Notes: generated from the sequence alone by a model not told the origin. A stretch of 64,000 nt of DNA from Phoronis australis (GCA_002633005.1 NMRA01000020.1:1724918-1788917), one strand, 5' to 3'; positions 23,426 to 36,958 are shown, numbered from the stretch's first letter. Numbers and translations: made by a program.

Positions 23426-26400
23426 ACCAACAAAGGAAATCAACATAAAAATATGGCGCAATTTCAACATCAACGTCACATATCACATCTGAAGCAGCCA
23501 AGTCAAGTTATTTTTTGAAATTCATCCTGGTACGGGAATTGGGGATAGTTAGGCCTATAAAAGATCTTTAACCCAGCCGCAGAGCGTCTAAAGCCGCGCA
23601 CCGTACCAGTGACTGCTGGCAACTCATCGGAGACTCAACTTTAACATCCTTCGCCGCAGAGATAACAACTCTTGGGCTGTCTCCGGTGAGTCCATTCTTT
23701 GTTGAATGATGTTTAGATAAATTATGATATTGTTGTGGTCATCATTATCGTAGGTAGGAGACTGGGGTCCACCCTGGGCGAAATTGGGAAACATGGAAGA
23801 TAACGCAAATTCGGGGCTTCCATGGGGGGCAGATTTGAGTGGTGGCCGTTTGGAAAAAAATAATCCTAGCCACTGATGGTGAACATTGAAATCTTCTGTC
23901 ACTTTTTACTAGCATTTTTTGTTTTATGTTCAGTTTGAGACTCGTAAAGCATACTTTTTACATGATTGATTCTGTTGAAACTACTGAGATTTTTATAGGA
24001 GTGATTATCTAGTTTTGAGAAACATCTATCTTAGACATGTGTACTGAGCAAACTAAAAGGACTTTGTGTTTCAGTAGCTCTTACTTTCTTCAAAGAAAAT
24101 GCAGTTTTTTTGAAGTGTTGTGTAGAAATGCACCATACAATAAACATAGCATACCTTCAAGAAACTGTGGTTTTGAGTCCACCGCATGAACGGAATTTAC
24201 ATATTGTGAAACTTTTAGCTGGTAAGTCGCAACAACACCCAATTGCTTGAATACTGGTTTGGAAAGCCGGTATCTTGGATATCACTGAAAGTATTATGTT
24301 TTCAATCGTAAATATCCGTACCTATTATGTTTCTGAAATTGCAAATTCCATTGGTGCACTGCCACCATGCTCGGCCGCTTTTGTGTAGTACAAGAAGCAT
24401 TGCGTGACACTGTGTATGTCCAGTAACACGATACTTCTGCTTGTATCCACCGTCCTCTTTTCACTTGTGATCTCGAAGATCTTGATTAGCTTTAGTATGA
24501 ACTTTGCTAATAGCTTGAGGGGACTTTTTCAGGCACATATACAAGGATTTGTTCAGGAGGTCTGAAAAATGGACCAGCATGCACTGCAGGCAGTGCTTGG
24601 GATTCTTAGTCAATTACGGTGTTTGAAAACCGACCAAGCAATGGGTAATGGACACCCTTAATAAGAATCAAAACCTGCTTCTCTGAATTATGAGATGGTG
24701 ATGGGTTTGTATTATTAACTCATAAGTACATGTACATTAAAATTGACTTTTTTGATTTCTGTAATCCTATAACAAATTTTTATTTTTGCACCAGCGAAAT
24801 TGAAAATCCGCGAAGAAAAAATCTCTCATACAGCTTCCCATGATCTCCTTAGTCACTGATGTAGCAAATCGAATGATATTTGTTTTATTTGGCATCTTGG
24901 TCGATAGAAAATTGCACAATGAAGTAGCGCCTCCTAGAGTCTTTTAATCAAACTGACAGTCACAGATTGGCAGAAAAGTGTGTGGGTTATGTAAAAACTG
25001 ACTGCACAACTATGACAGAGACCAGATTTTACATTCTTGTGTTGGGCTGAGCAAAGACAGCAGTAACAGATGGAAGTTAACTCATGTTCCAAAAGAATGC
25101 GATATAGATTTGGGAAAGTGATCAAATGCGCAAAAATGGTCTCAATAACAAGCAGTGAAAGTGATATTTTTTGTAGGCTAAAATGGGAGGACATAAAAAA
25201 TAAAAAAATCCGTCCGAACTAGTTTCTCTTGTATGTAATTCTTTCTCATTTCTGCTATATAGTTATTTTTTCATAGGGTGAAGCGACGATGTGCTGTTGC
25301 TGACAAAGTCCTCTACTTCCAAGTACTATTATTTGCTATTTTTCGAAAAAGTACAAAATGATCGTAAAACGGGCTTAAAAAACTCGGAAACTCTTAAAAA
25401 TTCAGGCCCAGGTTACTTTTGACAAGGCCAGCCGATATGCTAACTTTCAATAAAAATGGTGATTTTGCATATATAGCCCACCATTTGTTTTTTATAGGGA
25501 ATTGCTCTTCATTAGTACTTATGATGAAGGTAAAATTTGTGTCCAAGTTTTTATAAGCATACCACAAATTTAATCTCAGTTTCATGGATGCCCGCAGGGT
25601 GAGATAATGTTATACAATGGTAAACCAAGTGTTAAGTCAATTCATCAATGTAATAATGAGAGATATTTACTTCTCAATGTGAAATCACTGTCAGGGCAAT
25701 CAACAACAAGTGTTTTGCAAAAGTGTATAGCGTTCACCAGAAGGTCAATTAGGTTTAGTTAAAAATCCTGGAAAATTGTGTTAGTAACTTATCCTAACTT
25801 AACAAAAACTTAAGTAATCAATAGCACTAGATACTGATACACTGCAGGATTGTGGTTACTCTTAGCAAATCTGACAAGCAATATCCAGACAGCAAGTTAC
25901 CTTAGAGCAAATTGAAACAGAAGACAATCGCACCCTTCCCCAAACAGCTCATGTGTGAATGTTGCCGATGTAAGCTGCACTCAAGTTAATTGACACAAAG
26001 AATGAGAGGGCTTCCCCTCCATGGGCGGAGCACCATAGAGGGCTGGGGGACTACAGTCCTCCACTTCTTCACTTCTTTCAGTGCTTCATGGCACATGGTG
26101 TATGAGAGGTGCACCACAGGGGGGCTGAGGGGGCTTTAGCCCCCACTTCTTTCACTGCTGCGCCGCCCATGCTCTTTCAACTTTTCCAATAGAACAATGG
26201 GCAAGCCGGCCACAAGGGATTAGGATAGCGCAGCCACAGTAATCATGCTAATGGGTAACAGTTTCTCAACAAAAAACCGTCGGTCAGTCAGTGGCTGGTC
26301 TGTAGTACTCTAAGACTTCGCACTGACATCGCTGTAGCGTAAGGTGTTTAAGTGGAGTTAGCGGCGGTTTACAAAGACAAGAATGTCGACTACGATATCC

Positions 26401-26609
26401 AGCTCGAACATAGCATAATCCTAAATGTACGAACATACCTAGCCAGCCAGTTTACTTTATGGCTAGAGAGACTTCCAAGCCAAAACACTCGAGATAAATA
26501 CAGTCCCAACGATACAAGAACAGGATGTGCGAATACTAATATTAGTCATGTCTGGTATGCGATATAAAACATCGATAGAAGTTGAAATAAACACATAAAC
26601 AGTGTTTTA

Positions 26610-27041
26610 TTATAATCGGAAACTGCAACATTCCTCTTTCAAAAGGATTCCACGTTCTTTTGCTGCAATTCTTGCTTTTCTACTGGAAGAGACTTGTTTC
26701 TTATCCAATGAAGTTGGTCTCGCATTCACCGTGGCTCTATCGGCGTGGAGAGTCATGCCAATGCCAAACTGTGATGGAATCGCCGTCTCCCTCAACATCC
26801 TACTCCGTTTCGTTTTCGTTATTTCTGCCCTAATGTCCTTCACATAGTCATCATCAAAGAAGTGGTCGCTACAAACCCGGCTATGCTTGTTCACGGACGG
26901 ATTCTTCAGCTCCCTAGCTGCTACCCGTGACTTCAACAATGGTACGTTACGCAGAGGCAACCGATGGTATGCGATGTCTCTTCCCGTACAAGACCGGTTT
27001 CTTGAAGAGTTTGAACAACCAGGTGCCATGCAAAAAGGCAT
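26610..27041 (-). CDS. THAP zinc-finger domain exon, N-terminus of a Kolobok transposase (probably defective)
   Basis: MPFCMAPGCSN...HRLP...RVCSDHF...LRETAIPSQF shows the C2CH signature and the AVPTIF-like box. The conserved Trp is replaced by Arg. Confidence 0.85.
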   Translation of the reverse strand: MPFCMAPGCSNSSRNRSCTGRDIAYHRLPLRNVPLLKSRVAARELKNPSVNKHSRVCSDHFFDDDYVKDIRAEITKTKRSRMLRETAIPSQFGIGMTLHADRATVNARPTSLDKKQVSSSRKARIAAKERGILLKEECCSFRL

Positions 27042-28819
27042 AGCGAACCTTTTACAACAGTTTGGTCCACTATAAAAGAATCAGGACTTAAACAAAGATG
27101 TCCTTCACAATATGGTATAACAAATGAATACGAAAAGCAGCCGAAACCACACCGTTCACGTCACTGACACATCAACCAATCATCGATAGATTTCAGGATT
27201 CAGCGTTTTGAACATAAATACTAATCGGCTTTTCTTTGGCGCGCAAGTCGGGCAAGTGTGAGTTTTATTTGTATGTTGGAACCGATTAACTGCAACATTA
27301 TTTTGACTACAGTGCCCTTTTAAGTTTTTTTTCGGCCAAAAACTTGTCTTTGATTTCAAAGATTCTGTTTTATTTTTAAAGGTCAGTCTTCCAAATGGTC
27401 AGCCGCCAAGTTTCAACGTGATTGGCCTACTAATTAGGTCGTAAAGGCCCACCAAAGTGGCCCACCCAAGCTTCATTGTTGCATGCTATAAACATTTCCA
27501 CTAAATAAGATTGGTCATAACCCCGCTTGTCAAGGTAAACGGTGGGGCTTGGAAAAATGAATTAGACCGTATTTATCCACCTTGGCTGAGTCGAGCTCGG
27601 CTCACGATCAAAGGGATGCCGCCAAGCTGCTCTATTCATCGAGTCACGAGCGAGGATAATTGGCTTCGCTCATGCGAATATGATCAGCTGATTACAATAT
27701 AGCTAGCAGACTGTACTTTTTATGGAGAGAGTTTTACGTAGTTTCCCCTGTAATATTTGAAAAGAGGAGCGAAAACAAATATGAGTACAGCTTTGAATTT
27801 TTCAAATCGGCCCAGGATAAGAGATTTTGCAACACACACTCACGATTACTTTCATTCGGCGCGCACGAATGCAAAAATATAGGTCCCAAGTTATTTAGAT
27901 TTTGGAACACACGCATTGCAATATTCAAAATACGTTTATTATGAATCTGTAAAACGACGTTGTTTAATTTCATTGTGCTCATTCATTGTCATCCTTGAAG
28001 ACGCATCAGTTGGCAAGTTTTTGCTCTGTGATGAGCACAATTTTTTTAAAAATTATCGTAATTTACCAACGGAAGTTGATAGCAATGCACCACAATTTTG
28101 TAGAAAGACTGTCATACTAGTCATAGGCTACAAATACGTCACAGAGCGTAAATTTGATGAATCCTAGCTTCCGGTTTTACCCGTTTGGGAAACCGGGTTT
28201 ACACTGCCGCAGGCTACAATAAGCGTCCCCTCCCCGTGAAATGAATTTTTTTAAGTGTTCATGAGAGCCAAGACAGTATACAGCTTTCCACCAAGGCTAG
28301 GTGATCCTACAACATTATTCTTTGTTGCATTAGTAACTGGTCTTGGCTAATTATCATTTTATGGCCTGGTCATCCATTCAGCCAAAAGTAGTTCCAGAGG
28401 TGGCTTATCCGCCAATTATTCACGCATGCTGACTCACAATAGAAGCCTGATAAGAGTGCAGGTGGATAAATGCGGTGTTCCTCCAGTTTCTTGTGATAGT
28501 GGATGTGTTCACGACATGTGGTCCAATGGCGGTGTGACATCGACAGCTGTAGAATGTAGGTAAAGGTGTACTGGTCAAGATTCAATACCACAAGAATGTC
28601 ACATGACTGTTAGCAGCGCTACCTCTTAGCAAAGCGTCACTGCATTCAACGCCATCTGTTTGTCGTGATAGACCGGGATCCCAGAACTTTTTGGGCATGA
28701 AAAGGTAATCAATTTTCTTTGGCGCCACAGTGCTCTGTGGGTATCCTGATGCTTGGAGATGGCCGTCTGGCAGGTTCGCTGTGGTGGGTGTGGTCAGGGG
28801 AGCCAAGAGAATTACACTC

Positions 28820-29480
28820 AAAAATTGAGCTAGATCAACTTTTCTGGTAACCACTTAGAACTGCCTTCGATACCTGATACGTCATCCATTGTATCAAAAT
28901 TGGTCACTGCCAGACAATTTCAGTGGTGGGGAGTACCCGCCAGACGAACATATACAGGGTATAAAAATTGAGCTAGATCAATCCAAGAGGTAATCGCTTG
29001 AAACCAGTCGTAAAATATTCACTGTAAGCCCAGGTATCACGAGTGAACACTGTCAGACAAATCTAGTGGTGGGTTACCCCCGCCAGACACGCCCAAATAC
29101 CTGAATTGAGCTAGATCAACCCATCAGGTAACCGTTTGAAACCAATTGCACGATATTCAACATCACTGAACATGGCACAACAGTTAGATGCCAGACAATT
29201 TCAGTGGTGGGATGCCCCTGGCAGACGATTGTCAAAAAGGATTAAAATTGAGCTAGATCAACCCAAGAGGTAACCGCCTATAACCAGTTATAAAATGTTA
29301 ACCGTAAGTCAAGGTATCTCGAATAAACACTGACAAACAAATCTAGTGGTGTGTTATCCCCGCCAGACACGCCCGAGTACCTGAGTTGAGGTACATCAAC
29401 CCACCAGGAAACCGCTTGAAACCAATCGCCCAATGTTCAGCATCATTGCACCTGGCAAAACAGTAAGATTCCTCCATCAG
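28820..29480. repeat. Tandem repeat of about 140 bp, about 4.5 units, alternating A/B subtypes
   Basis: ttgagctagatcaa near 28824, 28968, 29106 and 29248, with a variant at 29386; the second half alternates cagacaatttcagtggtggg and cagacaaatctagtggtg. Confidence 0.9.
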
Positions 29481-29940
29481 ACAACTAAAGAGTCGAAACA
29501 AAATTGATTGTAAGCCTACTTCACGCTGAATAAGCACCACGATCAGGATCCAGGCACTTCGATTTTCAATAGAGCCACTAAGTCTGTACGACATAGGTCA
29601 CCGCACAAAGTGAGATTTTTGTCTGCAAGGTTATGTCAGGGCATGAAAACCAGAAAAATCGTGCCTGAGGTTGGAGGGACTTCACAAGTCCATGTGAAAA
29701 CAGCGGAATACTCCACATAACTCACTATTAAAACAAAACCTAAAAACCCGTCCAAGACGGATAGCACATTGTGTTTTCACTACTTACCATTTTTCGTTGT
29801 CCTATTTTACCAGTCTAAACTGCGTCCCTTTGTTTTCGGACGAGCCATTTGATGCAACTGCTAAAAGGAATACTAATAAAAAAGCTTATTTTGCTGTCGC
29901 CTGCGTTATGTTTGCGCGCCATCTACCTTCATTTCACACA

Positions 29941-30200
29941 GTGATTAATGGCAAGTTTGGCAAAACTGATTAGTTTTGGGCAAGCTTCGTCTTTCTCATC
30001 AACCGAGCCTACAAAGAACTCCAGAGATGCGTCAAGAACAATGACTTCAGTGGCTATATCAACATTTTTCCGACTACGCTAGATGTATTCTTTGCCCTGA
30101 ACCGCCCAAACTACGCCAGATGAGGAACATTGTTTTACCAAAAGTTGAAATTGGCAAACCCAATGTTACGTGCTACGTACGAGGAAGAACTTCAATAGAT
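29941..30200 (+). pseudogene. Academ-type transposase fragment
   Basis: Translates NGKFGKTD*FWASFVFLINRAYKELQRCVKNNDFSGYINIFPTTLDVFFALNRPNYAR*, containing the FFAxNxxNYAR motif typical of Academ transposases, with in-frame stops. Confidence 0.7.
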
Positions 30201-30331
30201 GGGCTGTTGACCTTTTTTTTGAACAGTCTGTATTTTTTATGTTTGATATGGTGTTCTCCAAAAAGGCTAAACACACCTCTGCGGCACCTGATATTGGGTA
30301 CGTATGGTTGTGTTAAATTTCGTGGAAACTA

Positions 30332-30480
30332 CAGCACACATCACGAATTTTTGTCCCCACGGTCGGAAATTGGTCGACGACTAGCCGTCGACCGGTCGGT
30401 AAATTAGCCGACCGGCAGCCACCCGCTGTGCCGACTCATAAGGCGACTCCCCAGCCGACCCTTCAGCCGACCCTTCAGCC
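30332..30480. mobile_element. Isolated end of the same TA-flanked TIR family as 13976-19752
   Basis: TA|CAGCACACATCACGAATTTTTG followed by GCCGACC repeats; closely matches the reverse complement of 19580-19752. Confidence 0.85.
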
Positions 30481-30699
30481 TATAGTCGGTGGGCCAGATC
30501 TCATAGCGTTCATCCTTGTGAGTACTTTGGGGGGGCAACCTAGTTTTTTCTATGTGGCTNACCCTACTATCGCCAATTTTCAGTCAGTCTACGTCATAGA
30601 TATTTCAGTCTCGAATGGTAAGAATTTTGTTCAGGCAGAAACTGGCCAATGTAGAAAGAAAATTATTTGGGATGGCTGAAAAGGGAAGGTGGAAACGAT

Positions 30700-31111
30700 A
30701 ATTCAAACAGTCACAGAAACTCAAGGCGGCAGACAGCATCGCTGAAAGCGGAGGTATTGAAGCCGGCATGGTTCTTAAACTTTGCAAACATGGGAAGAAG
30801 ATAAGGTGACAAAAATGTTCAAGTATTATATTTTGAAGTAAATCCACATTTGGTTTTAAACTAAAGTATTTAAAAAATTGGTCCAACAATTTTAAAGAAC
30901 TTTTTACAGATTAGTGAAAGCCACCTCAAGTACCTAAATCATATCATCGGCATATGGTGCCATTTTGGACATACGCATTCCTGTCTTGTCATCTAATTCA
31001 CTTTTAATTTCATTATTTTGTCGAAGTAACAGGGCTAAAATTTCTGCACACAGGATAAATAAATGAAAAGATATTGGCTAACCTTGACCACAACCTCTTC
31101 CTACATAAAAG
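30700..31111 (-). pseudogene. Decayed Tx1/L1-clade reverse transcriptase fragment
   Basis: Minus strand gives FYVGRGCGQG, FILCAEILA and KMAPYADDMI, colinear with RGCRQG / LCAEIMA / YADD in the LINE at 41-45 kb. Confidence 0.8.
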
Positions 31112-31160
31112 NNNNNNNNNNNNNNNNNNNNNNNNNNNNNNNNNNNNNNNNNNNNNNNNN

Positions 31161-34100
31161 TAGTCGGTGGGCCAGATCTCATAGCGTTCACCCTTGTGAG
31201 TACTTTGGGGGGGCAACCTAGTTTTTTCTATGTGGCTAGATAATATACCCATAAATCAAATTCCAAAAAGTTCCCACGTCTACACTTGCACATTTTTTTA
31301 AAAAAAGGTGTTTTTGTTGCACAAAATATGATGCACATTCCTGCCACTTGATGGCGCTTTTCTATTGAATTGACCAATCAGAGAGCCAGATTGTATAGTT
31401 GTGCTAAGTAACTTCAATATGGCTGCTCCCATGGAGTGTGATGCCTGTATAATTCGAGGTTTATCAAACAGCACAAAATTGTGATGTCAGAGCCTAAAGA
31501 AGCTTAGGAAAGCTTCCTGACGAAAGCTGATTGACTGTGGAACTCTTTAGATCAGTAGATCAAAAAGAAGAAGAGGTGTCACAAACGTTTGTGCAGAAAA
31601 CAGCTGCACCTGGTAGCCTACACAGTATACTGCTGAGTGCTGTAGACTAGAAGACCAAGTGTCAGACCAAAAAATTGAAAGGACGTAGAACGGCATAGCA
31701 ACCTTTCAAGGCATCAACAGTAGTACTAGAGCTGAAGTTGCTGAAAGCGATACAGATGTTATTCAAGATTTTCCAAGAAAATCAATTATACTTCCAAAAT
31801 CTGAAACACCCGATTAATCTGAGCAAGATAGGAACATTCTGAAACATGAGTGCATCATTTGTTAGCAGGAAAAGTACATTATGGGCCACATTTCAAGAAA
31901 GAGAAAGAAGTATAGCTTTCAAAAACAGGTACGTGTTTTTGAAAAATACATCTTGGTGTTTTCCATGTGTGTTTCAGTATTATCACCAGTTGTTTTTTTA
32001 ACTTGTTCAGCCTCTTGGCTGCCTAGACCTTAGACAATACTGCTGACCCAGTAGAGATGATGATCATACCATAGGTACTCCATATGCCGGATACTTTTCA
32101 GCAAATTATGTTCCTATAAGTTTAGAAGTACCGCGTAGAGAGATGCCTCTGAGGAGGTCGTTAATGTTTTCATTTGTTCCCAGTTTAAACAAATACTCAT
32201 GCAATCATGTTTTTCGAACACTCCATTCAGTTGCCACATCGACACTGCTTGCGCTAAGGGATAATCCTATGGCGTTATACTGTGGGTGTGATTTTAAAGC
32301 ACTTTAAGTCAAAAATTTTTGAAAAGGTTAAATGGAGTAGATGGTTGCAAACAACATGCCCAAGTGGCCGTGATCCCCTGCCGTAGTCTCAATTTTTTGT
32401 AAACATTAATTACTTAGGTAGCTGCAATGATAATTAAATTAAAGTGCCTAAGTGGCCTTCGTTGCCGTCGAAATTTGAGGACGATGGAAGCCACTGTCCA
32501 TTTCGTCAAACGTCGATTACCATAAGTGTAAATCAATTGACTATGGTTTGAGCATCTGATTTAAAAAAATTAAATTTCAATCACTGCACTGGTATATCAG
32601 CTGATTTATTTTCAGTTGCAGCAACTGATCTAATTATTAGACGATCAACATTATTAGGCTACAGATCAGACGGCATGTAAATTTGTTAGGCTGGTGGTGG
32701 ATCAGTTCCTGATAAGTCCGTCTGAAAAAGTTGCATGCCAACTCACTCATAGTTGAATGTTAAATTAGTGTTAACAGTTCGGGTTTTTTNNNNNNNNNNN
32801 NNNNNNNNNNNNNNNNNNNNNNNNNNNNNNNNNNNNNNNNNNNNNNNNNNNNNNNNNNNNNNNNNNNNNNNNNNNNNNNNNNNNNNNNNNNNNNNNNNNN
32901 NNNNNNNNNNNNNNNNNNNNNNNNNNNNNNNNNNNNNNNNNNNNNNNNNNNNNNNNNNNNNNNNNNNNNNNNNNNNNNNNNNNNNNNNNNNNNNNNNNNN
33001 NNNNNNNNNNNNNNNNNNNNNNNNNNNNNNNNNNNNNNNNNNNNNNNNNNNNNNNNNNNNNNNNNNNNNNNNNNNNNNNNNNNNNNNNNNNNNNNNNNNN
33101 NNNNNNNNNNNNNNNNNNNNNNNNNNNNNNNNNNNNNNNNNNNNNNNNNNNNNNNNNNNNNNNNNNNNNNNNNNNNNNNNNNNNNNNNNNNNNNNNNNNN
33201 NNNNNNNNNNNNNNNNNNNNNNNNNNNNNNNNNNNNNNNNNNNNNNNNNNNNNNNNNNNNNNNNNNNNNNNNNNNNNNNNNNNNNNNNNNNNNNNNNNNN
33301 NNNNNNNNNNNNNNNNNNNNNNNNNNNNNNNNNNNNNNNNNNNNNNNNNNNNNNNNNNNNNNNNNNNNNNNNNNNNNNNNNNNNNNNNNNNNNNNNNNNN
33401 NNNNNNNNNNNNNNNNNNNNNNNNNNNNNNNNNNNNNNNNNNNNNNNNNNNNNNNNNNNNNNNNNNNNNNNNNNNNNNNNNNNNNNNNNNNNNNNNNNNN
33501 NNNNNNNNNNNNNNNNNNNNNNNNNNNNNNNNNNNNNNNNNNNNNNNNNNNNNNNNNNNNNNNNNNNNNNNNNNNNNNNNNNNNNNNNNNNNNNNNNNNN
33601 NNNNNNNNNNNNNNNNNNNNNNNNNNNNNNNNNNNNNNNNNNNNNNNNNNNNNNNNNNNNNNNNNNNNNNNNNNNNTAGGAAATTATAAGCTGCCTCATG
33701 GCGGCGAATCACAATATACCCTTTGTAAATTCTTGCGCTCTGCTCGTACACAAGGTGGTAAATTTTTATATTAATAAAAACTTTATTTTCTGGCCTAGAA
33801 AGAAAATTCAAAGTTCTAAAATGCTTAGATTTTCGCGAGGAATTCGGTTAGGCAGGTAGATTTTTAAAATAAACTTTATTTTTTTTGCCAATAGTCGACA
33901 GGCACGTAGTTTTATGGCATAATGAGGTGTCATTAAAGGATTACGTACGTGACCAAGCAGCCCAGGCAGCTGGACTGAATTCAATGGGCTATTGTGTTCG
34001 CATTAGCAAACTCCAACCGTCGGACGAAGGCCGTCCGACGGTCAATTTTCAGCTGGAAAGGGTTCCTCATGTTCCTAGTAACAATCAGACTTAGTTTGCA

Positions 34101-34469
34101 TTTTTGCCACTAGGTGTCTCTTTACATTTTTTAAATTTCACTGTTTACAATTAATTCACAATAGTATAAAACATGCAATGTGAGTGTAATATTATTCAAT
34201 ACAATGGCACTGATGGGACCATATTACTTGTTTTACAAAAAAGTCACCAAAACTGTTGTTTTTACAAATAAAAGTTTACTAAGCTCTTTGGTGATTATTA
34301 GGTAACTTCAAACTCAAATTTCTCAAAAATGTGCAACTTTATATGTGGGAACTTTTTAGATTTTGAAAACACTAATAAATGAATTAAAAAACACCAAAAT
34401 AAAATTGCCCCCTGAAGTACTCACAAAAACCATTTTCTAGAGGCCCTACAAAATCTGGCCCACCGACTA
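31161..34469. mobile_element. TIR DNA transposon, Academ-like, inserted in the decayed Tx1 and containing an assembly gap
   Basis: TAGTCGGTGGGCCAGAT at 31161 and ATCTGGCCCACCGACTA ending at 34469, with further imperfect symmetry (gtgagtactt...gggggcaa). A second left end lies at 30483. The internal relic KHECIIC near 31845 resembles an Academ N-terminus. Confidence 0.7.
32790..33676. other. Assembly gap (a smaller gap lies at 31112-31160)
   Basis: Runs of N. Confidence 1.
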
Positions 34470-35970
34470 ATTGTTTAAATGGCTAAGTCAATCTGCAAAA
34501 TAATTGGAAAATGCTTTATATAAAAAATCCAAAATAAACTGTCTAACGTTTTTCAGAAATCAACAAAGGCAAACAGTCCTGGGATATCTTTTCAGGCAAA
34601 CAGTCCTAGGATATTACCGTTTCAGTAAATTTGATTATCATATCCTAGTCTCATATTTTTTACAATAAATCAATTTTTAAAAGCCTTTTTGTTTTTTATG
34701 AATAAGTTCATTAATTACTCTTTTTAGGCATTGAGCAATAAAACTTCATATAACTTTTATAAATGACATTCAGCAAATATATGGGACTTCAATTCTTCAA
34801 ATGCTTTCCTTTCCTGACTTAGGGATAATACTTATAGCTCCTTGGTGTAATGACAGCGGTAGTGATCCAATCATATTGCGAAAATTAACTGCTCCAACAA
34901 GAAAAACAGAAATATCACTCTAAAAGAACACATAGAACTTAACTGGGCCACCAGTTTTGATATTATTTTTTGAACAGCACTTAAGATTCATCTTATGAAT
35001 TTCTTCAGAATGTGTAAGGCCATCGATTTTAACATCTACAACAGGTTTATCTTTGTTTTCCTAAAGCAACTTATAAAAGTTTGAAATCATTAATAGTAGT
35101 GGCTCTTGTTTAGTGACTAATTGTCCATTTGTATTTATTAATTTTGATATTTTTATTTACATAATTTCTTTTATATAAATAGCAAAATATTTGGTGAGTT
35201 TCTCCCTTTCTTCAATCCATCTAGCTCTCTCACAAACGAGATGTTCATGCATGAGGTATTGTCTATGGTCATCAAATTCACTTTTAACTTCTTGAAGCAT
35301 TTCCTTAAAAAATGTGATTACTTTGTGCCAACTGTTGTAAAACTAATTTGTTTTTCAAGACTTATCATTTTACAAAATCTCTCTTTAGATTAAGTTTACA
35401 AAATTAATGAATATTTGACCTAATTTTTATAAGAAGAGTCTCAAAAAACAGAGCTTAGCCAATAAAAAATTCTTGTACTATCAATTTCATTTTTACTGTA
35501 AACCATATAAACCTTAAGGACATACTACCCTTTTACATCTTTTAGAGACTTTTTAATAAAGTTACCATATTGGGTAATATCAAAATGCCACAAACCCGGT
35601 CCTCTGTTAAAGTCAGAAAGATTTAAACCTAATGATATAAAACACTGGTCAGTTCTTTATCCCGCCCAAATGTAAAAAAAAAATATTAAGTTGATGTATT
35701 TCTCAGAAATTAGACTTTAAACATGTTTTTTGATTGGATTATGTTTTTCCAACTATAAGATTTAAAGTTAGGGTTCGCCAATCTCCATGGATCAACAAGA
35801 TTTTAAAATTTTACATAATAAATCACAAGCGGTAAATATTTATGACACCTTGGTTCAGTCACTGCAGACAGCTTCCAAGTATAAAAACAAGTGGTCATCT
35901 GAGATAGATGTAAACGGTGCTATAAATAATGTAAATTTTAGTGACTCTGATANTCTTTCAAACATTTTTC
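34470..35970 (-). pseudogene. Decayed Tx1/L1-clade ORF2, from the endonuclease end to the RT start
   Basis: Minus-strand remnants RGPGLWHFD, GSLPLSLHQGAISIIPK and DIPGLFAFVDF*K are colinear with RGKGLWRLN, GRLPTTMRQGVITLIPK and DIPGLLVLIDFEK of the younger copy. Many stops and frameshifts. Confidence 0.85.
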
Positions 35971-36707
35971 AGTAATATTGTAGAGAGGGGCATCTCATAA
36001 CAAATCGTCCCGGGCATCACCAAACCATTGCCAGCCAGGCCCTACTGGACAAAGGGCAAGCTTGTGTCTCATGTAACACGTACGACGAGAGAGTTGCCTA
36101 GTATAACGACTTTCAGGTTGTCCAGTAACGGTGTGTGACGGAAGGCCCAGTAACTCGCACCGCTATCGTATGCTTCGATAAAGGCTCAATGACTTCACTA
36201 CAGTCACACTTTTTATTAAGGAAATTCTGCAATATTACAATCACAATTACTGTAAGTGACAATCATTACATTATCATCTCAAGTAGACGTGCGCAAACAT
36301 TTCATATAATGGTAGATTTGTTGGGCGAACTTGACGACGCTTTGAAATTGGTGGGAACTGATGATAAAAGTGATGTCCACATGGACTTTCGTAATTCTGA
36401 TCACGACATTACTGGTTATGCAGTTCTCTGTTTAGTGGAACTACGATTGCGCAAATGTCGATTAAAATCATGGTTCATCTGCTGCTTAGATCAGAAGGCT
36501 GCTTAAAAATTCACGTACCGCTAAGAGCGTGAAATGTTTTGGAGTGGTCAGTGAAGAAGCGATTAAAATAGCATCAAAACTTCCGCGTTAACTGATTATA
36601 AACTCTTATGATATAAACTCGGCTAAAGAATTGCCATAGAATTGAAAGAATAAGGACCACTTAAACACTTTTCAGACTCATTCATATTCGGATGGTGTTG
36701 TGCAACC

Positions 36708-36958
36708 TCAAAGATTGGTCGACGGGTAGCGACCGCAGACACAACGGCAGAAGTAGTAGTACTCCACAGGATTCGCATGCTTATAGGTTCCTTTAATCCA
36801 CTCGCACGTGTCCGACGTGTGCTCGTCTGTCATTCCATCCGGATGCTTCCCCTTGCAGTTGTCTGTGCACGTACTTTTCCACTTTCCCGTTCCAACTTTT
36901 TCCCAGTTGCATTTACCGTCACTATGGCGTTGACAGGTCCCATTGTTTGGAATTGACT
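36708..36958 (-). CDS. Terminal exon of a small cysteine-rich, macin/CS-alpha-beta-like peptide gene (copy A, intact, 8 Cys)
   Basis: After the acceptor ttattacag (phase 1) an open frame reads SIPNNGTCQRHSDGKCNWEKVGTGKWKSTCTDNCKGKHPDGMTDEHTSDTCEWIKGTYKHANPVEYYYFCRCVCGRYPSTNL*. A paralog with the same cysteine spacing lies at 40050. The upstream exon was not found. Confidence 0.75.

Larger units (their letters stand above)
20380..27319 (-). mobile_element. Decayed Kolobok element: terminus, THAP exon and downstream transposase exon, with nested insertions
   Basis: Terminus ...ctacagtgccctt|TTAA at about 27319-27323, THAP ORF at 27041, Kolobok-type transposase motifs at 20380-21070 on the same strand. 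The other end was not located. Confidence 0.6.

Noticed and set aside
26020-26171. Small hAT-like MITE (CATGGGCGG...CCGCCCATG)
   Set aside because: Short inverted ends are present but there is no matching TSD, so it was not listed as a feature.
28820-29480. CRISPR-like array of conserved boxes
   Set aside because: The intervening segments are homologous to each other, the period is about 140 bp, there are no cas genes and the context is eukaryotic.
32743-33811. ORFs of 308-346 aa
   Set aside because: Almost entirely N gap.
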